DNA from: the human T2T-CHM13v2.0 reference genome, Homo sapiens
Direction: 5' to 3' (one strand)
Assembly: GCF_009914755.1 (NCBI RefSeq)
Contig: NC_060937.1
Length of the DNA stretch: 64,000 nt
The position numbers were made by a program, and so were the translations under genes. A model generated the notes under the pieces. It searched no databases. It saw only the letters and a list, made by a program, of their open reading frames with translations, and was not told the origin of the DNA. Shown here piece after piece: positions 56,127 through 64,000 of this stretch (the first letter of the stretch is position 1; the number at the start of each line of letters is the position of its first letter).

Positions 56127-56451
56127 AGACTCTTCTGTGTCGAGTGGAGGAGCAACTCTGTGCCCAGCTTAGAGGACTGGAAGAGGCCGCAATCTTCCGC
56201 CTGCTGGAGGGTGGAGGATGGATGGAGCCTGGAACCTGGGTCACTACCTCGCTGCAGTTGGTGGTGGCGATAGAGCAGTAGGAGAGCATTCGGCAGCAGG
56301 AGCTTCTCCTGCTGGGCTGGAGGACTAGAAGGAAGAGGCACTGCCACATGCTGGAGGCTGGAACCTGTGCCACCATGGCTCGCCTCGCTGTGGTTGGTGG
56401 TGACATCGGAGACTGCAGCTCAGCCACAGTGGTAGAAATGTGATGGTGTAG
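56122..56451 (+). ncRNA. Putative first exon of a spliced lncRNA (BAGE-5'UTR-like)
   Basis: Inr 31 nt from the first T of the TATA box; consensus donor TAG|GTGAGT at 56451/56452; resemblance to recalled BAGE exon 1. No expression evidence. Confidence 0.45.
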
Positions 56452-56469
56452 GTGAGTTTTTCCGGGCCT

Positions 56470-57050
56470 GCCCTGTATGCCTCTGGGGGCAAGGGTTGGG
56501 TGTCCTATTGGGGTTCACTGCTAGAGGCTACCATGCCTGTGGCAGTGGTCTGGTTGGGGACACTCTCCGGGGTTGCGTTGCTGGTGGTGGGGCAGGTTGC
56601 CTGGCTATCTGGGGCTATACTGCCTGTGGTGGCAGGGGTGGTGGGGGGAGGCAGATTGTGTACAATAGCTTGTATTGCTGGTGGCTGGGGAAGGATTAGG
56701 GGCGCTATTTTCTGCTGCACTGCCCGCAGCAGGGAGTGGGTTGGGTGGAGTTATCCAGGGCTACAATGCTGGCGGGGGGGTGGTTTAGGGGCGTTGTTGG
56801 GTGCTACACTGTGACTGGAGGGGTGCACCATTAGGAGCTGAACTGCCTGTGGCTGGGTCAGATTGTGGGCACTATTGGGTGGTATGCTCCCTGAGGTGTG
56901 GGGGGAGTGTTTTTGTCAGGGGGTATTGGGGTTACATTGCCTGAAACTGTAGGGTGTGTTGGATGTGTTATCCAGGAGCTACACTGCTAGTGGCAGGGGG
57001 CAGATTAGGGGTGCCATGGGGGCTACACTGCCAGTGGCATTGGCGAGCTG
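56470..57050. repeat. Degenerate G/T-rich repeat (GGGGCTACACTGCC.GTGGCAGGGG motif)
   Basis: Motif variants at ~56524, 56611, 56758, 56799, 56928, 56976 and 57018. Confidence 0.7.
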
Positions 57051-57628
57051 GTGAGGTGGCAGCAGCAGTGACAGCAGTGGCTTCCTTCTTCTCGTAGCTT
57101 CCAAGTAAGGTATCGTTTTCTTCTTCTCAGACTCCAGACTCTAGAAGGCGATTTTCTTCTGCTCGAGCTGGATTGCATGGTAGGGCCTCCACACCCACTG
57201 TGGTTTCCCAGCCTGCCCTCATGCTTTGTGTTGCGAAGATCACGTGGGACTACCGGGCAGGGAGTAGTAGGCACCATGGGGGAAGTGGGAAACAGGGCAC
57301 TGTTGGTGGAGGTGTCAGGAATGGGAACCAGCCCTTTGGTGGGGAGGGCTGGCTGGGTCTTAGTTTCTCCTATGCAGGCTCCCGGAGGAGGACAGCCTTG
57401 GTGGGCCCAGCAATTCCTGGCCAGGTGTACTTGGCCAAGGGCCTGTTTCAGTGAAGGCACTCACTCCCACCCCAGGCCCCAGTTCCTGGCCAGCTTTTGC
57501 CAGAAGGAGAGGTTGGACTTTGGAAGGTGGGTGTGAGTGCCTTCAATGAAACTGATCCCTGACACCCAGTCACCAGCCTAACGAGGTGAGGCTCTAATGG
57601 TTCCAATCCCTGAGTCCTGTTTTGGGCT

Positions 57629-57781
57629 TTTCTGGCTTTGCCTGCCCAGCTGCTCCAAGCCACTCTGAATAAGGAGAAGGAGGAGTCGCCTGTGGTATGG
57701 TTGAGCAGATGCCGTGGCTCTGCAGCTTGCCTCATGCAGTTGGTGGTGGAGATGGAGACCATAGCTAGAATGGAGCGGTAG
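57629..57781 (+). pseudogene. BAGE-like reading-frame remnant without start codon
   Basis: Translates [24 protein letters not shown]...; recalled BAGE peptide is [29 protein letters not shown]. In-frame TGA at 57611-57613 and no ATG before the homologous part. Confidence 0.6.
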
Positions 57782-58521
57782 GAGGGCACCCACGGGGGCT
57801 TGGTGGTAGGAGCCTGGTAGAGTGGGCTGGTACATTGAGGGTGACTGGTTGTATTGGCATTGGTGCTAGTGGTGGTAGCAGTAGGAAGTCTGGGGGCCGG
57901 GAAGGGGGAGTAGGAGCACTGCAGGGCCCATCCCGTTCTGGGGTGGGGAGGAACCTGTGGGTGCTGTAACGAAGGTCTCGGTGGCAGTGGTGGTGGTACA
58001 CCTAGGGCAAAGAGGAGTCCTCCCCCTTCTCCTGCAATCTCTGGAGTGTGCCCTCCTCCTGCCGGTGCCTGAGCTAGGCATGAGTGGCAGCATTATCTCA
58101 TTCTTAACAAAATTTAGTGACTATTTGTGTATCCTTTTGCTTGTTTTTTGTTGTGATACTCTTGGAGTTACTCAAATTTTATGAATCGAGGAGGGGATAA
58201 AAAGTATTATATGATAGGCCTTCTAATTCCCACACCTGTTCTTTTTCCTTTCTTCCATTGTGTTTTCTTCTCATTTTCTTGTTCCTCTTCATTTTCTTTT
58301 GCTACTGCTTCTATTTCATGTTTCTATTCTTGTTTCTCCTCCTGTTTTTGTATTCTTATGCCAAGCAATGGCCTTAACCACCAAAACTGAGTTAAAAATA
58401 AAATACTTGTCACTGTTGTGTTTTTTAAATAACTGATCCCTTACTATGTTTTAGAGATGAGGAAAAAAAATGAGTTGTATAATTAGTTACTTGAATAGTT
58501 ATGCTTTCATAATTGTGTTAA

Positions 58522-58652
58522 CCCATTTATGCCTAGTGTTCCATGCTAAGCATGTGGAAATTACTTATATCCTACTGTTAAATGTCATCGAAAAGGTCTG
58601 ATTTTTCACTTATGCAAAAATTCAAAAAATTGCAACCTCTGGCATAAATGGA
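58522..58652 (+). mobile_element. MER85 piggyBac MITE
   Basis: TTAA|CCCATTTATGCCTAGTGTTCCAT...TTGCAACCTCTGGCATAAATGGA|CTAA; TIRs and TTAA target visible. Confidence 0.93.
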
Positions 58653-59699
58653 CTAATGTGTTGTGTTATTCAAGGAATCAAAAAATGAAGCATCACATAA
58701 AATATTGGTAGCAAACAGCCATTTCATCTCTCTCACACTTTTTTCTGGAGCTATGCAAGAGTCACAGGGGTAATAAGTTCTAATTTATGAGATGATTAAG
58801 TGAACCATATTCCCTTAATTTTTTTTCTGCCACCATTTTCAAGAGTATTATCATCTGCATGAACAAAGGGTTCATCAACACATCTTTGCAAGAGGAAAAA
58901 GAAGAGGGGAGAATCATGTGTATAATGTTGTAAGGCAAACATTCACAACCAAAAACAAGGTTTTATTAACTTTCACCTTTAAGAACCTGCAGTGTTTAGC
59001 CCTCTTTGATTCCTAGTATTATTACCTTTGGTATGAACTCTTTTATTAAACTGATCACTCTAGAAGTTTATGCATTTTTTATCATTTTTCAAGCCAACAG
59101 AAATGTGTAATGCCTATAATTCTGACACTTCAGTTATTTTTAAGGCTATGAGCATGTAAGATACTGTTGGTATATGGAAGAATATGTATAAATACCACTA
59201 GGTAGCTTATTTTGAAGAGTTAGTATCTAAGTTTTTGTCCAGAGTAGATTGGTTGCAGTTTCTTAGGTGTGTTTCTTAATATGTTGCCTCAAAGTTTTAA
59301 AGCATGTAGAAATTTGAATACAGTTTAACTTCATATAGTCCTTTGTTGATAGATTTAATATTTCTAAAAACTAAAGACATCACAGCTCCCTTTAAGATTC
59401 AGTAATATTAATAAAATTTTAGAAATATAGGGTTAGAATCCAACAAATTCAGAGGAAAATTGTTAAATTATATAGCTGTAGAGCAAGAATGAAACCCAGG
59501 TTCTAAGCTCTAAGGGGGCCATGAGGTACCGTACAAGTACTTCAGTGACTGGGCATAGATTCAGCAAAATTACAGGATGGTTAAGAGAGTGAGCTGTGGA
59601 GCCCAACTCTATGTAACATGAATTTTTAAACTGCATGGTGCCTCAGTTTATCCATCTTTACAGTGGGGACTGCAGTAAGTTTTTCTTTTTCTGCTCAGT

Positions 59700-60375
59700 T
59701 GTCTGTCATGTTGCGACTGTTCCCTAGTCTGTCTTGTTGCCACTCAGTGCCCACATGACAAGACCTAAGGTAATTTCTGACAGCCTGGGACTCCTTAAAG
59801 AAAAACAGAAGGTGCTACAAAACCCATTTTAGGAGAAACCTCTGTTGTCCTCATGGAACCCCAAGAACTTCAGGCAGACGGGTCTCTCTCAAAATCTAAA
59901 GCTCTCCTCTGTTTTGCTTTGTGTTATCTGACCTTTTAGGTTTGGGTGGGCATCAGAAATCAGTCAGGGAGAGAGATCTAAAGAAAGTTGTGGATATGAA
60001 GATGTATTTATGGTAAGAAAAGTTGTGAAGGAAAGAAATGTTATATGAGAGGATCTTGTATGGCAAATTTTTGTCCTAAAGTAGAATGACTAATTATGAA
60101 AGAGGGAAGTACAGGAAAAGTCAGAAAGTTCATGTCATAGATAGTCTGTGGAAGTTGTGTTAGGGTTCATAAAATGAGAAAGAAAAACTTAACAACTGCT
60201 AGATCTTTTCCTGTCTAGAAGTGTTGTGTATATGATGGATATATAAAGGAGCCCTAACTACTTGGCTTAGAAGAAAAGGAAGTCTCTTAAATATTTTGTC
60301 AGAAAAATAGAATCTCTAATGCCTTTTATTTAACATGACTTCAGTGATCTTTGGGAAATAAAGACAGTGTTAAAA
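59700..60375 (+). mobile_element. ERV1 (MER4-group) internal fragment
   Basis: 'gggactcctt..agaaaaacagaaggtgc...aaacctctgttgtcctcatggaaccccaag...ctctcaaaatctaa'. Confidence 0.65.
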
Positions 60376-60377
60376 TC

Positions 60378-60504
60378 ATTTTTTAGTAGAGACAGCGTTT
60401 CTCCGTATTGGTCAGGCTAATCTCGAACTCCTGTCCTCAGGTGATCCTCCCGCCTTGGCCTCCCAGAGTGCTGGGATTACAAGCATGAGCCACTGCACCT
60501 GGCC
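60378..60504 (-). mobile_element. Alu left arm only (AluSp-like)
   Basis: 'tttctccgtattggtcaggct..tctcgaactcctg.cctcaggtgatc'. Confidence 0.9.
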
Positions 60505-60641
60505 TACAAATAGGTTAAATTATTTTATAAATTAGCTGTTGTTTGTTTTGCCTACTTTCAGACTTCTGGATTTTTTTTAAGTATGAAGGATTTCAATTGT
60601 TATATTAATATAAATGCTTAGATAAATAGCACAAACATGAA

Positions 60642-60926
60642 TTTTTTTTTGACAGAGTCTCACTCTGTTGCCCAGGCTGGAGTGCAGTGGCAGAATCTCA
60701 GCTCACTGCAACCTCCACTTCCCAGGTTCAAGCAATTCTCGTGCTCAGCCTCCCAAGTAGCTGGGATTACAGGCATATGCCACCATGCCTGGATAATTTT
60801 TGTATTTTTAGAGACGGAGTTTCGTCATGTTGTCCAGGCTGATCTCGAGCTCCTGGCCTCAAGTGATCTGCCCGCCTTGGTCTCCCAAAGTGTTGGGATT
60901 ACAGGTGTGAGCCATCACACTTGGCC
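60642..60926 (-). mobile_element. AluS SINE
   Basis: Antisense dimer. Confidence 0.95.
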
Positions 60927-61024
60927 AACTGTATTCTTTATGAATTTTTTTACATCAAAAAGCTCATTTGTAATATTTTCTGTATGTATACATGCTATAA
61001 AATTTATTTTGTTTTATTTTAACT

Positions 61025-61150
61025 TTTTAAAAATAGAGATGGGGTCTGATTGTTTTGCCCAGCCTGGTCTTGAATTCTGGGCTCAAGTAATCCTCCCACC
61101 ATGACCTCCCAAAGTGCTGGGATTACAGGCATGAGCCACCATGCCCAGCC
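61025..61150 (-). mobile_element. Alu monomer (FLAM/AluJ)
   Basis: 'agagatggggtct...ctgggctcaagtaatcctcccacc...gggattacaggcatgagccaccatgcccagcc'. Confidence 0.85.
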
Positions 61151-61754
61151 TGTAAAATTTATTGTAAAGGAAAAGGCATATTTTCATTAAGCTGATAATC
61201 TTTACATAAATACTGAAGCATGGCATATTTCTTTATTCTACTTGGGCTATTTTGTGTTGCATTAAGAAGAATTTTTTATTTGTTTTTTCTTCTTACTATG
61301 CTTGTTTCTGGAATACTCCTTTCCTCCCTTATCTTCCAAACTCTACTACATCTAAATTTATCCTATTTTTCAAGGGTTTGATCACATATTACGTCATCCA
61401 GGAAGTGTCTCTCCTATTCCCTCTTCTCCAAAATGTATATTTTCTTTTTCTGGAAACTCTTGATCCTTTGCCTCTAGACCATAAGCCCTTTGTAGGCGTG
61501 TCTGTATCTGAGTTTTTAAATTTTTTTTTCCTCTTTTCTCACTCCCAGAATAACACCCTGTGCCAAGGAGTAGTAGATACTTGTTGAATGCATAAAAGAG
61601 CTTAGCAGCTAGAGTTAGTGTGGATGCTGTAGAAGATGTCTGATACACATATGGCAGTTTGATGCTGAATAGTTTTTGGAAATTAAAAAACAGGTAGAAA
61701 TTTCACCAATGTCAGTGACTAACATAGCTGTAATTAGTAAATTATCAAAATGTT

Positions 61755-62040
61755 TCTTTTTTTTTCTTTTTTACAGAGAGGGTCTCTCTCTGTTGCCCGG
61801 GCTGGAGTGTGGCGGTGTGATCATGGTTCAGTGCAGCCTCCGAGTCCTGGGCTCACACGGTCCTCCTGAGTAGCTGGGACTACAGGTGTGTGCCACCACA
61901 CCTGGTCAATTTCTTTTATTTTGTAGAAACAGAGTCTCATTATGTTACCCAGGCTGACCTCAGATTGCTGGGCTCAAGAGATCCTCCCACCTTGGCCTCC
62001 TGAAGTGCTGGGATTATAGGTGCAGGCCACTGAGCCCAGT
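61755..62040 (-). mobile_element. AluJ SINE
   Basis: 'gtgatcatggttcagtgcagcctc', 'ctgggctcaagagatcctcccacc' J-type diagnostics. Confidence 0.9.
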
Positions 62041-62251
62041 TAAAAGCATTTCTTTAAAAAAGAAAAAAAAGTTCTGTTTATTGGGATTTGGGGGAGGAAG
62101 AGAAAGTAAATATGGGATTGGTTCATCCTAGACAGCACTCATAGTTCTAGATAATATTAGAAAGCAATAATGTTTTAATTTATATATGCAGGGAATTTCG
62201 GAGTAATTTCAATCCTAGGAAAAAACTGGGAGTTAGAAATATGGGACGATT

Positions 62252-62624
<373 letters not shown>

Positions 62625-62832
62625 TCAACTAGTTTTATATTAAAAAAATTAAATTCTTAAGTAGATTCGTCAGGAGTAAAGGAAAAGTCAAGATTCCCAA
62701 CTTATTTGGATTTCTTTCCCCCATTACAGTGTACTCGAGGAACAAAATTTGGGCTGTTTGGCTGTCTTTTTTATTTGTTATACATAAATAAACTGATAAT
62801 CAAAACCAAATATATTGAGGTTACATTTTTCT

Positions 62833-63142
<310 letters not shown>

Positions 63143-63899
63143 AAGGTTACATTTTTCTAGCAAAATTTGATTCAGATTTATGATGAGAGTCACCTTTATG
63201 CTTATAGATTGCCCCTTTACCCCATACTTGGTTGAACTGACAGACATTCTTCTTGCCATTATCACTGTCATACACTGTTCACATTCAGAGTAATTTGTTT
63301 TAGGCAATTCATTTCCCTTGGCAATAACATGGAGATTAATGTAATTTTGAAAATGTTTAAGTAGTCATCATCAGGACTTCGAGTTTCTGTTCAAAGATGT
63401 TTAACTTTGCATTACTTTTAATATTTTTAAATTCATTTTTAACTACAATAACTTTTATGTATTTGGAGGTATTTGGAATGAAATCAAAACGTGCTATCTA
63501 GGAGTTATAACCTAAAATATGCAGAACATAAATATACCTGATGTAGGAGTATATACATTCTGTTGAGGGGGGAGAAAGAAGTTACTTTATATTCACACAA
63601 AATCATTTTAATGCATGAAGGAGGATATGCTATTTTAAAATTTGGTCTTTCACTAATTGTAAGTAATACATTATTTTTTATATATACTGAAATTCCTGGA
63701 TGTAATCTACTGAGTTTGCTGCATATTCTTCCAGTTTTTTTTTTCTGTGTTTGTATAATTTTCTAAATTATGGGATCATAATATACTATTCTTTTATATA
63801 CTACTGTTGCAAGTTTGTCTATTTATTTCAGAGTTACCTCTATCAATCATTAACAGCAACTTAAATACCCCATTTCTAGTACATGAAAATACCATAATT

Positions 63900-64000
63900 T
63901 GCCAGTCACGATGACTCACACCTGTTGTCCCAGTACTTTGGGAGGCCGAGCTGGCTGGATCACCGGAGGTCAGGAGTTCAAGACCAGCCTGGCCAACATG
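63900..64000 (+). mobile_element. Alu 5' part, cut by the window edge
   Basis: 'tcccagtactttgggaggccgag...gaggtcaggagttcaagaccagcctggccaacatg'. Confidence 0.9.

Larger units (their letters stand above)
54445..58090. repeat. GC-rich, largely palindromic REP522/BAGE-5'-like duplicon-associated element
   Basis: Central inverted repeat, C/T-rich left flank, G/T-rich right flank, and segments resembling the recalled BAGE 5' exon (GGCTTAGAGGACC..., CTGCCCAGCTGCTCCAAGCC). The name REP522 is from memory. Confidence 0.7.

Noticed and set aside
56122-56600. Histone H2A/H2B gene next to the histone-like promoter
   Set aside because: No listed ORF on either side resembles a histone, and I see no histone 3' stem-loop.
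63180-63240. Possible C/D box snoRNA (ATGATGA ... CTGA)
   Set aside because: No terminal stem or recognisable guide sequence; both motifs are common in AT-rich DNA.

Overview
Primate (human or ape) genomic DNA with no credible protein-coding gene, RNA gene or CRISPR array. Bases 1-53.6 kb are AT-rich and full of old interspersed repeats: L1, L2, MIR, MaLR/ERV1 solo LTRs, a full-length HSMAR2, hAT fossils and Alus. At ~53.7-54.4 kb an Alu lacking target-site duplications and an L1 scrap mark an abrupt junction. A ~3.7 kb GC-rich element follows (54.4-58.1 kb) that I identify from memory as REP522/BAGE-5'-like. Its centre is an inverted repeat (84-bp arms, 78/84 identical, 22-nt spacer) carrying six symmetric CCAATCA boxes. 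The right side has an octamer-TATA-Inr set resembling a histone H2B promoter and a perfect splice donor; the left side has degenerate mirror copies. GC skew flips at the centre, and a start-less BAGE-like reading frame lies downstream. This portable palindromic bidirectional promoter is the most interesting object in the window. The element class is known; the detailed architecture and function proposed here are inference. The last 6 kb is Alu-dense, with a MER85 and an ERV1 internal fragment. Repeat family names come from recalled consensus sequences, not a search, and boundaries of old repeats are approximate.
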